From: Vicinamibacterales bacterium
GTDB lineage: Bacteria > Acidobacteriota > Vicinamibacteria > Vicinamibacterales > UBA8438
DNA length: 64,000 bases
Direction of reading: 5' to 3'
Assembly (NCBI GenBank): GCA_965217045.1
Contig: OZ244228.1
Coordinates: 507,914 to 571,913 of the forward strand
The notes beneath the pieces were generated by a model. The model had not been told where the DNA came from, searched no databases, and worked only from the letters and a program-made list of their open reading frames with translations. Of the stretch, positions 30,728-42,806 are shown in pieces (position 1 is the first letter of the stretch; each line of letters begins with the position of its first letter). Both the position numbers and the translations under genes were made by a program.

Positions 30728-32114
30728 CGACGTGGTCCGGTTCTCCGGAAAGGTCCCGGACTTGGTCAAGGTGGACCCCGGTTGGTAAATCACGCCCCGC
30801 GTCGTCCCTTGCCTCCCATGCGCGCCGGCGGCTGGCACGGTCGTCACGGCGTCGGTCGTGGCCGCGATGCCCGCCGTGGTGGTCCCACGCCCCGCTGCCC
30901 GCGTGTTCACGCCGCCCGCTCCTCGCGGTAGGCTTCGGCCGGCGTGCGTCCGCCGAGCGCCGAGTGCGGACGCACGTCGCTGTAAAATGTCATCCATTCC
31001 GAGATCACCTGCTCGGCCGCAAACCCGTCCGCCAGCTCGTGAAGATACACCGCTTCATACTTCAGCGACCGCCAGAGCCGCTCGATGAAGACGTTATCCA
31101 GGCACCGACCGCGGCCGTCCATCGAGCACCGCGCGCCCGCAGCCTGGACACGGTCGGTGAACGCCGCGCTCGTAAACTGCGACCCCTGGTCGGTGTTGAA
31201 GATGCCGGGCGTCCGCGTCTGCAGCGCCGCCTCCAGCGCCTCGACGCAGAAGCTGCTATCCATCGTGTTCGACAGCCGCCACGACAGCACATGTCGGCAT
31301 GATCGGCCCAGTCCATGATGCACCGACCGCGGCCGCGACCAGGTCCACAGAAAGCCGGTCGTCACCGGGATGTACGTGATGTCCGCGCACCACACCTGGT
31401 CCGGACGGTCGATCTTCAGTTCGCGCAGCAGGTACGGGTAGACGTGGTGATCCGGCTGCGCGTCGCTCGTGCGCGGCTTGCGGTAGATCGCCTCCAGGCC
31501 CATCAGGCGCATCAGGCGCCGGACTCGAAGGCGCCCCGCCGCCACGCCCTCGCGCCGCAGGTGGCCCGCCATCTGCCGACTGCCGTAGAACGGGTACTGG
31601 AGCGACAAGGCGTCCATCCGCCGCATCAACGCCAGGTTCTCCGCGCTCTCTCCCCGCGGCGCGTAGTACACCGATGAGCGGCTGATGCTCAGCAGCACGC
31701 ATTGGCGCCTGATGCTCAACGCGCCGTCCCGGTCGACCAGGTTCCACCGCGCCGGCCGGCTCAGCGCTGCAACCCCCGCTGAAAAAAATCCCGTTCCATC
31801 GTCAACTCGCCGATCTTCGCGTGCAGGTCGCGGATCGTCGCCTCGTGCTCCGACGGGCCGGGCGATCCGCCGCGGGCGAACACCTCGTCCAACCCCTCGA
31901 CCGCCTGCCGCTTCCAGGTGCCCACCTGGTTCGGATGGACCTCGTGCTTGGCCGCGATCGCCTGCACCGTTCGGTCCCCCCGCAACGCCTCGAGCGCCAC
32001 CCGTTTCTTGAAGTCCGCCGTGAACCGGCGGCGCCGTTTCGTCATCATCCCAGTGCCTCCCCAAGGCCCTGGAATACACCTTAGCCGGTTGTCCGAAAAA
32101 CCGAGACCACCTCA
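30728..32114 (-). mobile_element. IS3-family element (orfA 31761-32048; orfB ~31765-30907 with indels)
   Basis: RRRFTADFKKRVALEAL orfA; T-rich slip site GATTTTTTT; WCADITYI, FNTDQGSQFTS, DNVFIERLWRSLKYE. Confidence 0.88.
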
Positions 32115-32863
32115 CCCCGCTTGTACGGCTGTCCGCCCTTCGGGTTCCGATCCTGGCCCGGCTGCCGCCCGCCCGCGTCGTCCGCCGCCCGCTGTGCCGC
32201 CTCCAGCCGCTCCTTCGCCGCCCGGATCGCCGCCAGGCGATCCTCCCGGCGGCGCAACTCCGACGGCAGCTCGTCGCCGCGTGCGTCCGGCCCAAAGCGC
32301 TTATCCTCAGCCGCGTCGGCGTCGCGTGCCGCCCGCACCAGCGCGTCAATCTCACCGGCCAAGCGCCGCTCTTCCTCCTGCATCCGACCGTAGCTCATCG
32401 CCTTGTGCTTGCTCGCGTTCGCACGAACCTTCGTGCCGTCGATCGACAGCTTGCCAAAGCGCGCCAACCCCAATTCCCGCGCCAGACGCACCACCTCGAC
32501 AAACAGCGCCTTGAAGTCCTCCAGGTGCCGACGCCGAAACTCGCAAACCGTCCGGTGCTGCGGAAAGTTGCCGGCCGCCAGCACCCGGAACGCCACGTCC
32601 TCCTCCAGCCTCCTCGCAATCCCCCGCGACGAAAACACCCCCGTCGCGTAGGCGTAGAGCAGCACCTTCACCATCATCCGCGGCGCATACGGCGCGTTGC
32701 GCCGACCATCCCCCGCATACGCGGCATAGAACGCCGTCAGGTCCAGGCCGTCTACCAGATCGCTGATGTGGTGCGCCAAATGGCCCTCCGGCAACCACGC
32801 CCGCACGTCGGGCGGCAACAGCAGCGATTGGTCCGGTGCGTAGCGGCGAAAAGTCGTCGACAT
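32115..32863 (-). pseudogene. IS1182-family transposase, 3'-truncated by IS3
   Basis: MSTTFRRYAPDQSLLLPPDVRAWLPEGHLA, PRMMVKVLLYAYATG.FSSR, IDGTKVRANASKHKAMSY; left end CTAGGAGTCTGCGCC near 32929. Confidence 0.85.
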
Positions 32864-32929
32864 CAAGTCCTTCCGGCGTCCGATCTCGCCTGCGATTGTC
32901 GCACCGTTTTCTGCGGCGCAGACTCCTAG

Positions 32930-35017
32930 CCCACGTTTAACAAGATGGCCGGTCATTTTGCCGATTTGCACGGCATTTCGAGCGTCTCATCTCCGTAAGT
33001 TATTAATTCCACAGGGCCGGGGTCTGGTTTCGCTAAATGTAGTGCCATAATCGTGTCGGCATGGTTGCGCTGTAGCGGGTCCACCCGCTATCGTGGCCCG
33101 TATGTTCGTTCGGCGCACCCAAACCCGGCGGACCGAGGACGGACAGCCCTACTACTCCCATCGCCTCGTCCACTCCGAGCGCGTCGGAAGCACCGTCCGT
33201 CAGCGCACGCTGCTCAATCTCGGAAGACACTTTGACATCCCCCGGGCACAGTGGCCGCTGTTGTGCATCCGCATCGACGACGTCTTGTCCGGCCAGGCGC
33301 CCCTGGTGGCCGATTGCCCGCCCGCCGTCGAACACGAGGCGCAGCGGATCGCGGCGCAGTTGGTCGCCCGCGGCGCACCGGGGGACGCGACGGCCGCCGG
33401 ACCGGCAGACGTGCAACGGGTCGATGTCGACTCGCTGCGCCTGGTCCGCCCCCGTAGCGTCGGGGTGGAGCAGGTGGGCCTGTGGGCGCTGGAGCAATTG
33501 GGGCTGCCGACCCTGCTGGCCGACTTGGGCGTCAACGGCGCGTTGCGCGCGGCGGCGGCCGGGGCCCTCGTCGGGCGCCTGGCCCAGCCGGCATCGGAGC
33601 GCGCGACGCACCGCTGGCTGCAAGCGCGTAGCGGCCTCGGGGAGTTGCTCGGTGTCGACTTCGAGACCGTCAGTGCGATGCAGCTCTACCGCGCCTCGGA
33701 CGCGTTGGTGAAGCATCGCGAGGCGGTCGAGGCGCACCTGTTCGACCGGGCCCTCGGGCTGTTCGACCTGCAGCCGACCGTGACCCTCTACGACCTGACC
33801 AACACCTATTTCGAGGGTGAGGCGAGCGAGCAGCCGCAGGCACAGCGCGGGCACTCGAAAGAGAAACGCAGTGATTGCCCGTTGTTGACCCTGGGGCTGA
33901 TGCTCGACGCCAGCGGCTTCGTGCGCCGCTCGCAACTGTTCGCCGGCAACATCCGCGAGCACTGGACGCTGGCCGGCATGATCGAGGCGCTGCGGGCGCC
34001 GGCCGGCGCCCTGGTGGTGATGGACCGCGGTGTCGCCACCGACGCCTGCATCACGTGGCTGCGGGAGCACGGCTACCGCTATCTGGTCGTCAGCCGGGAA
34101 CGCCACCGGCAATTCGATGCCGATGCCGCCGTGTCGGTCCGCACCCAGTCAAACCAGACCGTGCATCTGCACAAGGTCGTCTCCACCGACCCCGACGAGG
34201 TGCGCCTGTACTGCTACTCCGAGGAGCGAGCGGAGAAGGAACGAGGCATCGTCGAGCGCTTCGCCACCCGCTTCGAGGCCGCGCTCACCAAACTCAACGA
34301 CGGGCTGGCGCGCCCCCGCGCCCACAAGCGCCTCGCCCAGGTCTGGCAGCGCATCGGGCGCTTGAAAGCACAGCACTCCCGCGCCGCCGCGCACTACCAG
34401 ATCGCCGTCACCGCCGACGAGGCCGGCAACAAAGCCGTCGCCGTCACCTGGTCCCGCCGCCCGCAGGACGGCTCGATGGCCACCCATCCCGGCGTCTACT
34501 GCCTGCGCAGCAGCGAAACCGACTGGGACGAAGACGCCTTGTGGCGAACCTACACCACGCTCACCGACGTCGAAGCCGTCTTCCGCTCGCTCAAGTCCGA
34601 ACTCGGCCTGCGTCCCATCTACCACCACAAACCGCGGCGGGCCGACGGCCACCTGTTCCTCACCGTCATCGCCTACCAGCTCGTGCAGGTCATTCGCACC
34701 CGCCTGCGTGCGCACGGCGACCACGCCAGCTGGTCCACCCTACGCCGCATCCTCGACGGCCAGCAGCGCGTCACCGCCACCTTCCGGCGGCCGGACGGGC
34801 GCACCCTGCACGTGTGCACGACCACGCAAGCCGAACCCGAACAGCGGGCCATCTACGACGCGCTCGGCGTCGACCCGCAGCCGGGCGGCGTCCGAAAAAC
34901 GATCATCTGACCGACCTCTTCCCCGGTTGACGCGCGCTTGTAGTGCCACTTGCGCCATTCGACCGGCGTAAACTACTGATTCTAAAATGCCTTGGCTATG
35001 CCGTTGTTAAACTTGGG
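32930..35017 (+). mobile_element. IS1634-family element
   Basis: IRs CCCACGTTTAAC / GTTAAACTTGGG; CTAG on both sides (32926-32929, 35018-35021). Confidence 0.85.
33093..34910 (+). CDS. IS1634-family transposase
   Basis: RQRTLLNLG, LYDLTNTYFEG, RGHSKEKRSD, VMDRG, VEAVFRSLKSELGLRPIYH. Confidence 0.92.
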   Translation: MARMFVRRTQTRRTEDGQPYYSHRLVHSERVGSTVRQRTLLNLGRHFDIPRAQWPLLCIRIDDVLSGQAPLVADCPPAVEHEAQRIAAQLVARGAPGDATAAGPADVQRVDVDSLRLVRPRSVGVEQVGLWALEQLGLPTLLADLGVNGALRAAAAGALVGRLAQPASERATHRWLQARSGLGELLGVDFETVSAMQLYRASDALVKHREAVEAHLFDRALGLFDLQPTVTLYDLTNTYFEGEASEQPQAQRGHSKEKRSDCPLLTLGLMLDASGFVRRSQLFAGNIREHWTLAGMIEALRAPAGALVVMDRGVATDACITWLREHGYRYLVVSRERHRQFDADAAVSVRTQSNQTVHLHKVVSTDPDEVRLYCYSEERAEKERGIVERFATRFEAALTKLNDGLARPRAHKRLAQVWQRIGRLKAQHSRAAAHYQIAVTADEAGNKAVAVTWSRRPQDGSMATHPGVYCLRSSETDWDEDALWRTYTTLTDVEAVFRSLKSELGLRPIYHHKPRRADGHLFLTVIAYQLVQVIRTRLRAHGDHASWSTLRRILDGQQRVTATFRRPDGRTLHVCTTTQAEPEQRAIYDALGVDPQPGGVRKTII

Positions 35018-35189
35018 CTAGGAGCAGCGCCGCGACCTGCGCGAGGCGCTGCTCGGCGACGAGCCGGTCCGGCGACGAGCCGGAGCGCGCCCCAGGCGAG
35101 CCGGGCGATCCCCAGCGCGAGCATCGTGCCGGGGACGGCCAGCGCCCCGACCGGTTCTGTCACGTGCGGCGGTTCCTGGGAGGACGTCG

Positions 35190-37952
35190 CTACCCGCCGT
35201 CCAGCGACGTGCGTCCCGCGGGCCGGCCGACCATGGCGGGGCCGTAGAAGATCGCGTTGAACAGCAGCTTGAACGTACCCCAGGTCTGCCCGCGGTGCTG
35301 CACCCGGAAAGTGTGCAGGATGACGCGTCCCCTGCCCAGGGAGACCTCCATGACGGCGCCCGTGCCGTGGAGCCGCTCCTCGCCGATCAGCCAGCCGCTG
35401 CGGCGCAACGGCCCGTCCGGATACCGTGCGACCGTGCTGACCTCGACGTTCGGGTTGGCGCGGGTCGGCCGGTACCCGCCGTTGGCGACGAACATCGCGT
35501 CGGCGACAGGCGGCATGCCGTACCCGAGCGGATGCGTCGTGTCGATGCTCACGCGCAGGATCGATCCGGGGCAGTAGAAGGCATCGTCGGAGAGTCCGCG
35601 GACCACGTTTGCCAGCGGCACCCCGAGGTGCTCGATGGCGAAGGCCGCGGCGTTGCCGAGGGTGATCAGCGTCCCGCCGTCACGCACGAAGCGCACGAGG
35701 TTGTGGACGCCTTGGGCGCCGATGCCGCCGCGGTACTCCGGGCGCACGTTCGGTCCCAGCAAGCCCTGAATCAGCGCAACCGAGCTCGTCTCCGGCAGGA
35801 CGATGACATCGAAGCGGTCGTGCAGCCCGGATGTGCGGAGCTCGCCGCTTCGCACGCGGGTGTACCGGAACTCCTGCTGTTCGAGCACCCAGCGGGTCCA
35901 GCCGGCATCGATGTTGCCGCCCCAGGGTTCGAAGACCGCGAGCCGCGGCGCGTGTATCCGCAACCCGCCGAGGTCGTCGGGCAGGTCCGCCGCGGCGATG
36001 TTCAGCCGCAGCGTGCCGGCCAGCTCCTCCAGCACGGATCGGTCGACGCCGGTCACCAGCATGGCCCCGCGCCCATAGCGCCCCAGCGGGCCGAGGTCGA
36101 GCTCGTCGTGGGCCCAGCTCACGGAGGCGCCCGACGCGAGGAGCCGGTTCAGCGCCGTGAAGCTGCGGTTGGTGTCGTGCGAGATCACGAAGGTGTCGCC
36201 GTCGCCGACGACGCGGCCGGCCGGCGCGTCGGCCTCCGCCGCCAGCGGCCGCAACGACGCCTCGAACGGACGATCGATCCGTATCGTCTCGACTCCCATC
36301 AGCATGCCGAGCGTCCAGGCCGTGACGTCGTACGGCTTGTCGAGCGGAGCGTTGGAATATGGCCAGCGAATGTCCGGGTACGTCTGCGGCTCGAGGACGT
36401 CCTTGATCCAGCGGCCGAACGGTTGAGACAGCCGGGCGACGTACGTCCCGGACGAATAGACGTTCCCATCCGCCGTGAACGGTTCGTCGGCGATCTCGAT
36501 CTCGGCCGCCTCGGCCTGCAGCAGCCGCAGGAGCTGCGCGACGGCATGTGGATCGCGCTGCGCGGCCGGTATCACGAAGGCATAGGGCGCCCCCTCGGCG
36601 AACCGGTCGATGGCGCGTTGGTTCATCACGTAGAAGTTGCGCTTGAACGTCGCCCTGCCGTTGGCGACGCTCTCGAGCAGGCCCCGCATGGCCAGCGCGT
36701 TGTATTCGACGACGTCGCCGAACGTCCAGAGGCCGCCCAGCCATGGTCGCGGATAGTTCATCCGCGGCTGAATGTCGCGCGGGGGCGCAAGCGGCAGCCT
36801 GAACCCCCGCCGGATGCCGAGCGATCCGCCGCGAGCCAACCGCCGGCGCCGATAAGGGGAGATGCGCTGCTGCCGGACCGGCGTCGCAAGCTGCGTGCTC
36901 GCGACCTCCGTCAGCAGCCCCACCATGTTGTGCCACCACGGATTCGTGTTGTTGGCTCCCTGCCAGTAGCCGCTGTAGAGCTCGCCCCACAGGACGCCGG
37001 GCTTGCCGGCCTCGTGCAGCTTGCCCGCCATGGCCTGGCCCAGTTGGTTGACCTGCGACCAGACGAGGGGATCGACGTTCGGGTTCGGCGGATTCTTGAA
37101 CGGCGGCACGAAGATGCGCGCGTTGCTGTTGCCCATCTGGTGGCTGTCCAGATACACCTCCGGAAGCCACTGCCGGTACAGCACGTCGTTGAGGTGGCGG
37201 GTCTCGACCTGGGTCAGCATGTAGCTGTCGCGGTTGTTGTCGTGCCCGGCGTACTCGTGGTAGAGGTCGGGCAACGGCGACCCTTCGTACGCGGTGCCCA
37301 GGTTGCGCCTGTACCACTCGACGACCATGCGCTGGCCGTCGGGATTCTGGGAGGGGATGAGCAGCACGATCAGGTTGTCGAGCAGGTGATCCATCCACGC
37401 CGAGCGTTCCGTGGCGAGCTGGTGGATCAGGTCGTTCATGACCTGGTTGGTGCCGATCTCGGTCGCATGCACGTTGGCGCCGATCAGCACGACGGCCTTC
37501 CCGGTGCGCGCGATCTCGCCTGCCCGCTCCGGTGTCGTGCGCCGCGGGTCGGCCAGCTCCTGCTGCATGGCCTGGTAGCGCGGCAGCTCGGCGATCGTGT
37601 CCGGCGTCGAGACGACCGCGAGCAGGTACGGATGCCCGCCGGTGGACTTCCCGAGCTCGCTGACCACGACGCGCTGGGAGCGCTCGCCAACCAGGGTGAA
37701 GTAGTCGACCATCCGATCCCAGTGCGCGAGCTCGCCGTCCGCACCCATGGGGAAGCCGAAGAACTCCTCGGGGGTGGGGATACCGCGGGGTTGCTGGGCC
37801 TGGGCCGGAACGGCGAGTGTGAGCGCCGCGGCGAGTACGAGCAGCCCCGTGCGCAGGCGCGGACTATACACGGTTTTCAGTATATCGTGAATGCGTCGGG
37901 TGCCGGTGGCAGCAGTGTCGTAAGATGCCGTGCCAGCGGAGTTGTGAACCAT
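35190..37952 (-). CDS. M14 zinc carboxypeptidase-like protein with C-terminal glutamine-amidotransferase-like domain
   Basis: Signal peptide; HATE zinc motif, NPDG, GHDNNRD, DSHQMG. True start probably downstream of 37952. Confidence 0.88.
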   Translation of the reverse strand: MVHNSAGTASYDTAATGTRRIHDILKTVYSPRLRTGLLVLAAALTLAVPAQAQQPRGIPTPEEFFGFPMGADGELAHWDRMVDYFTLVGERSQRVVVSELGKSTGGHPYLLAVVSTPDTIAELPRYQAMQQELADPRRTTPERAGEIARTGKAVVLIGANVHATEIGTNQVMNDLIHQLATERSAWMDHLLDNLIVLLIPSQNPDGQRMVVEWYRRNLGTAYEGSPLPDLYHEYAGHDNNRDSYMLTQVETRHLNDVLYRQWLPEVYLDSHQMGNSNARIFVPPFKNPPNPNVDPLVWSQVNQLGQAMAGKLHEAGKPGVLWGELYSGYWQGANNTNPWWHNMVGLLTEVASTQLATPVRQQRISPYRRRRLARGGSLGIRRGFRLPLAPPRDIQPRMNYPRPWLGGLWTFGDVVEYNALAMRGLLESVANGRATFKRNFYVMNQRAIDRFAEGAPYAFVIPAAQRDPHAVAQLLRLLQAEAAEIEIADEPFTADGNVYSSGTYVARLSQPFGRWIKDVLEPQTYPDIRWPYSNAPLDKPYDVTAWTLGMLMGVETIRIDRPFEASLRPLAAEADAPAGRVVGDGDTFVISHDTNRSFTALNRLLASGASVSWAHDELDLGPLGRYGRGAMLVTGVDRSVLEELAGTLRLNIAAADLPDDLGGLRIHAPRLAVFEPWGGNIDAGWTRWVLEQQEFRYTRVRSGELRTSGLHDRFDVIVLPETSSVALIQGLLGPNVRPEYRGGIGAQGVHNLVRFVRDGGTLITLGNAAAFAIEHLGVPLANVVRGLSDDAFYCPGSILRVSIDTTHPLGYGMPPVADAMFVANGGYRPTRANPNVEVSTVARYPDGPLRRSGWLIGEERLHGTGAVMEVSLGRGRVILHTFRVQHRGQTWGTFKLLFNAIFYGPAMVGRPAGRTSLDGG

Positions 37953-39271
37953 GCAGACGTCACACCTGCGCGTCGCGATTGCCGGAGGCGCGGTCCTGCT
38001 GGCCGCGGGCGCGTTCGCGCTGCAGGAAATGCTGTCCGGACCGGGCGCGCGCGGGCCTCGGGGTGGTCTGCTTCGGGGCGCTCATCGTGTCGTGTTCGTC
38101 CAACATCCCCGCGATCCGCTGGCGGACGGTCGGCTGGGGGATCGGTCTGCAGCTGCTGATTGCCGTCCTCATCTTGCGCTTCGAGGTGGGCGGAGTGCGC
38201 CCTGGCTACCAGTTCTTCTCGGCGCTGGCGGCCATCGTGACCCGCTTCCTCGAGTTCACGAACGCCGGCTCGGGGCTGGTATTCGGCGTGCTCGCGGACC
38301 CGGAGGCGATGGGACGGGTGTTTCCCGACGGTCTCGTGCTCGCGTTCGCCGCCCTGCCGGTCATCATCTTCGTCTCGTCCGTGTTCACCGTGCTGCACCA
38401 CCTGGGGGTCCTGCCGCTGCTGGTGACGCTGATGGCCCGTCTCATGATGCCGCTGATGCGCACGAGCGGCGCCGAAACGCTGTCCGCCGCCGCCAGCGTC
38501 TTCATGGGGCAGACCGAGGCGCCCATCATCGTCAAGCCATACATCGCCAGCATGACCCGCTCCGAGCTGTTGACGTTGATGATCGGCGGACTCGCCACCA
38601 TCGCCGGCAGCGTGCTCGGCGTCTACCTCAGCCTCGGCGCTGACCCGGTGGCGCTGTTGACCACGAGCGTGATGGCCGCGCCGTGCGGCCTGTACCTGTC
38701 GAAGATCCTGATGCCGGAAACCGGCCGGCCGGCGACGGCCGGAGTGATCGCGCCGGCGGTGCGCCGCGATCACGTCAACGTCATCGACGCCGCAGCGGCC
38801 GGCGCGGCGGACGGCATGCGCGTCGCCATCAATGTCGCCGCGATGCTGATCGCCTTCCTGGCGTTCATCGCCATGATCGACTTCGCGATCGGGCTGATCA
38901 GCCCGGGCCTGTCGCTGGCCCGCATCTTCGCCGTGGCGTTCGCGCCGGCTGCCGCCCTGCTCGGCGTGCCCGCCGCCGACGTGCCCGCGGTGGCCGACCT
39001 GCTCGGCACGAAGCTGGTCGCCAACGAGTTCGTCGCGTACGTGAAGCTGGCCGGCGAGTACGAGGGCGTCATCAGCGGCCGGTCCCACACACTGGCGACG
39101 TTCGCGTTGACCGGCTTCGCCAACGTCGGCTCGATCGGCATCCTCATCGGAGGCATCGGCGGCCTGGCCCCGGATCGCCGCGGCGACCTGGCTCGCCTCA
39201 GCTCCAGAGCCTTGCTGGGCGGCTTCGCCGCGACGCTGATCAACGCCTCGATCGCCGGGGTCCTGCTCTGA
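37951..39271 (+). CDS. NupC/CNT-family Na+/nucleoside symporter (probable single indel near 38045)
   Basis: FMGQTEAP, GGLATIAGSV, GTKLVANEFVAY, FALTGFANVGSIGI. Confidence 0.88.
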
Positions 39272-39315
39272 GAGCGGGCGGAGCCGCGCCGCGTCCGAAT
39301 GTATGATCGGTCGCG

Positions 39316-40380
39316 ATGCTTCCGACCATCGAGTGGCAGGACGGCGCCGTGGTGATGATCGACCAGCGGAAGCTGCCGGCGGAGGAGAGGTACGTCCGTT
39401 GCCGTACCCCCCGGGAGGTGGCGCGCGCGATCAAGAGCATGGTCATCCGCGGCGCCCCGGCCATCGGCGTGGCGGCGGCGATGGGCCTCGCGCTGGGCGT
39501 GCAACGCAGCCGGACGAGGGGCTCCGGGCAACTGGCGGCCGAGTTCTACAAGCTGTGCGAGCTGATGGCGGCGACGCGGCCGACGGCGGTCAATCTGTTC
39601 TGGGCGATCGAACAGATGAAGGATCGCTTCGCCGCAGCCGTACGGGCCGGCCGGTCGCCCGCGGAAATCGCGGAGACGCTGGTTGCCGCGGCGCAGCAGA
39701 TACACGACGACGACGTGGCCAACTGCAAGGCGCTCGGCGCGCACGGCGCGGAGGTCGTGCCCTCCGCGGGGCGCGTGCTGACCCACTGCAACGCAGGCGC
39801 CCTCGCGACCGGCGGGTACGGCACGGCGTTGGGGGTCATCCGCGCGGCGGTCGAGCGCGGCAAGCAGGTGGCCGTGTTCGCGGATGAAACGCGCCCCGTC
39901 CTCCAGGGCGCCCGCCTGACGGCGTGGGAGCTGCTGCGCGACGGTATCGAGACGACCGTCATCACGGACAGCATGGCCGGTCCGCTGCTGCGGGACGGCC
40001 GAATCGATCTCGTCGTCGTCGGCGCCGACCGCGTCGCCGCCAACGGCGACGTCGCCAACAAGATCGGCACCTACACGGTGGCGGTGCTGGCCCGCGAGCA
40101 CGACGTGCCGTTCTACGTCGCGGCGCCCGTGTCCACCATCGACCTGTCGACCGCTTCCGGTGCGGACATTCCCATCGAGGAGCGGAGCGAGCGCGAGGTC
40201 ACGCACGTCGGATCGAAGCGGACCGCGCCGGAAGGCGCGCGGGTTTGGAATCCGGCGTTCGACGTCACGCCCGGGAGGCTCATCGCGGGGATAATCACCG
40301 AGCAGGGCATCTGCCGGCCGCCGTTCAGTGAGAGCCTGAGGGCCGCGTGCGAGCAGGCGGGCCGGGGCGCGGAACGATGA
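39316..40380 (+). CDS. mtnA: S-methyl-5-thioribose-1-phosphate isomerase
   Basis: [61 protein letters not shown]. Confidence 0.95.
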   Translation: MLPTIEWQDGAVVMIDQRKLPAEERYVRCRTPREVARAIKSMVIRGAPAIGVAAAMGLALGVQRSRTRGSGQLAAEFYKLCELMAATRPTAVNLFWAIEQMKDRFAAAVRAGRSPAEIAETLVAAAQQIHDDDVANCKALGAHGAEVVPSAGRVLTHCNAGALATGGYGTALGVIRAAVERGKQVAVFADETRPVLQGARLTAWELLRDGIETTVITDSMAGPLLRDGRIDLVVVGADRVAANGDVANKIGTYTVAVLAREHDVPFYVAAPVSTIDLSTASGADIPIEERSEREVTHVGSKRTAPEGARVWNPAFDVTPGRLIAGIITEQGICRPPFSESLRAACEQAGRGAER

Positions 40381-41486
40381 TCGTTCTCGGCATCGAGACA
40401 TCGTGCGACGAGACGGCGGCCGCCGTCGTGTCGGACACCGGCGACGCTGCGCGGCCCTGGCGTGTCGGGTCGAGCATCATCGCCTCGCAGGTCGAGATTC
40501 ACCGGGAGTGGGGCGGCGTCGTGCCGGAGCTCGCATCGCGCCAGCACGTCCGGGACATCTGCGGCGTGGTCGAGCGTGCGCTCGAGGAGGCCGGCGTCGA
40601 GTGGCCCGCGGTCGATGCCGTGGCGGTCACCCAGGGGCCCGGGCTGGTGGGGTCGCTGCTGGTCGGGGTGGCGTTCGCCAAGTCGCTGGCGGCGTCGCTC
40701 GGCGTTCCCCTCGTCCCGGTCCACCACCTGGCCGGCCACATCGAGTCGCTGGTCGTGGAGAACGGCACGCCGCCGTTCCCGGCCGTCGTCCTCGTCGTCT
40801 CCGGGGGGCACACCAGCCTCTATCACGTGCCGGCCGGGGGCGACTACCGCCTCGCCGGTCGGACCCGCGACGATGCAGCCGGCGAGGCGTTCGACAAGGT
40901 CGCGACGCTGCTCGGCCTCGAGTATCCCGGTGGACCGGTCATCGACCGTCTCGCCCGGGAAGCCAACGACCGGGCCGTGACGTTCCCGGTCGCACGCATG
41001 ACGCACGCCGATCGGAACGAGGGTCCGCCGCTCGCCCGCCCGGCGGGATTCGCGAGTGCCCTGCGCGGACGCACGGAGTTCAGTTTCAGCGGGCTCAAGA
41101 CCGCCGTCAAGCGGCACGTGGCCGCGCGGCTGCAGCAACGCGAAGGCGCCGCGCTGCCCGCCGCGGAGGTCGCGGACATCTGCGCCAGCTTTCAACGCGT
41201 GGTCGTCGAGGCGTTGCTCGACCGGACGTTCGAGGCCGCGCGCTGGTTCGGCGCGCGCAGCATCGGCATCGCCGGCGGGGTGTCGGCGAACAGCCGCCTG
41301 CGGGCCGCCGCCCGCCAGCGCAGCAACGAGGCCGGGCTGCCGCTCCTGCTCCCCAGCCTCGCGCTTGCCACCGACAACGCCGCGATGATCGCGGCGGCCG
41401 GGCTGCGCAACCTGCACGCCGGTCTGACCGCGTCCCTGGATCTGAGTGCCGACGCGTCGCTCGCGCTCGGCGGCAATGACCGCTGA
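40377..41486 (+). CDS. tsaD: tRNA N6-threonylcarbamoyltransferase
   Basis: [55 protein letters not shown]. Confidence 0.96.
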   Translation: MIVLGIETSCDETAAAVVSDTGDAARPWRVGSSIIASQVEIHREWGGVVPELASRQHVRDICGVVERALEEAGVEWPAVDAVAVTQGPGLVGSLLVGVAFAKSLAASLGVPLVPVHHLAGHIESLVVENGTPPFPAVVLVVSGGHTSLYHVPAGGDYRLAGRTRDDAAGEAFDKVATLLGLEYPGGPVIDRLAREANDRAVTFPVARMTHADRNEGPPLARPAGFASALRGRTEFSFSGLKTAVKRHVAARLQQREGAALPAAEVADICASFQRVVVEALLDRTFEAARWFGARSIGIAGGVSANSRLRAAARQRSNEAGLPLLLPSLALATDNAAMIAAAGLRNLHAGLTASLDLSADASLALGGNDR

Positions 41487-41510
41487 CGGAGGCACCTTCC
41501 GCATAGCACC

Positions 41511-42806
41511 ATGGCCTGGCACACGCAAGCACACTGGCGAATCCTCGTTGCCCTCGGCCTGGGCCTGCTGTACGGCGTCGTGGCCGCGGCCGCCGGCTGG
41601 GGCGAGTTCACGGGCGACTGGATCGCGCCGTTCGGCGCGATCTTCCTGCGCCTGCTGCTGCTCATCGCGGTCCCGCTCGTGCTGGCGTCGCTGATTACCG
41701 GGATTGCATCGCTCTCGGACCTGAGCCGGCTGTCCCGCATCGGCGGCCGGACTGCCGTCATCTACGTCGGCACGACGCTGGTCGCGTTGCTCATCGGCTT
41801 GACCGTCGTCAACCTGCTCGAGCCGGGCGGGACCGTGCCCGACGGCCTGCGCGGCCGTCTTCAGGAGGCGTACCAGGACGACCTGGACGCGCGCGAGACG
41901 GCCGCGGCGGACGCCCGGGCCCGCGGGCCGCTGCAGCCGCTGGTCGACATGATTCCAGCGAACATCATCGGCGCCGCGGCCGACAACCGCAACATGCTCA
42001 ACATGGTGTTCGTGGCGTTTTTGGTGGGCATCGCGCTGCTGCTGATCCCTCCCGGGCAGGCACAGCCGCTGCTCGACTTCTTTCGCAGCGTCAATGCCGT
42101 GATCGTCAAGATCGTCGAGCTGGTGATCGTCCTCGCGCCGCTCGGCGTGTTCGCGCTGATTGCCGACACGATCGCCTCGGTGGCCGGCGACAGCCCGGGC
42201 GACATCGGTCAGCTGCTGGCGGCCCTCGGCTTCTACTGCATGGCGGTCCTCGCGGGTCTGGTCATCCACGTGACCGTCACGTACTCGCTCCTGCTGAAGC
42301 TGTTTACGCCGCTCCGGGCGCGGGACTTCTTCCGCGGCGTTGCCCCGGCGCAGCTCGTCGCGTTCTCGACGTCGTCGAGCGCCGCCACGCTGCCGGTTAC
42401 GATGAAGGTGGCGGAGAGCAATCTCGGGGTCCCGAAGGACGTGGCGGCGTTCGTCCTGCCGCTCGGTGCGACGATCAACATGGACGGCACGGCGTTGTAT
42501 CAGGCGATCGCCGCCATGTTCATCGCCCAGACGCTGGGCATCGACCTCACGCTGGGGGCGCAGGCGACCATTGTCCTGATGGCGCTCCTCGCCTCGATAG
42601 GAACCGCGGCCGTCCCGAGCGCCGGCGTCGTGATGCTGGTCATCATCCTCGAGGCGATCGGCGTGCCGACGGCCGGTATCGCCCTGATCCTGGGTGTCGA
42701 CCGCATTCTCGACATGTGCCGGACGACGGCTAACGTTACCGGCGACCTGGCCGTCGCGTCCATCGTCGCGGCCGGCGAGCAGCGGCTGGCGGAGCAGGCC
42801 CGATGA
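41511..42806 (+). CDS. Dicarboxylate/amino acid:cation (DAACS) symporter
   Basis: AFSTSSSAATLP, LGATINMDGT, GVDRILDMCRT. Confidence 0.93.
   Translation: MAWHTQAHWRILVALGLGLLYGVVAAAAGWGEFTGDWIAPFGAIFLRLLLLIAVPLVLASLITGIASLSDLSRLSRIGGRTAVIYVGTTLVALLIGLTVVNLLEPGGTVPDGLRGRLQEAYQDDLDARETAAADARARGPLQPLVDMIPANIIGAAADNRNMLNMVFVAFLVGIALLLIPPGQAQPLLDFFRSVNAVIVKIVELVIVLAPLGVFALIADTIASVAGDSPGDIGQLLAALGFYCMAVLAGLVIHVTVTYSLLLKLFTPLRARDFFRGVAPAQLVAFSTSSSAATLPVTMKVAESNLGVPKDVAAFVLPLGATINMDGTALYQAIAAMFIAQTLGIDLTLGAQATIVLMALLASIGTAAVPSAGVVMLVIILEAIGVPTAGIALILGVDRILDMCRTTANVTGDLAVASIVAAGEQRLAEQAR

Noticed and set aside
35295-38159. Very long antisense or alternate-frame ORFs (also 40113-42815, 53718-55913, 14926-16410 and others)
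   Set aside because: Shadow ORFs expected at ~70% GC, opposite well-supported genes and without recognisable motifs.
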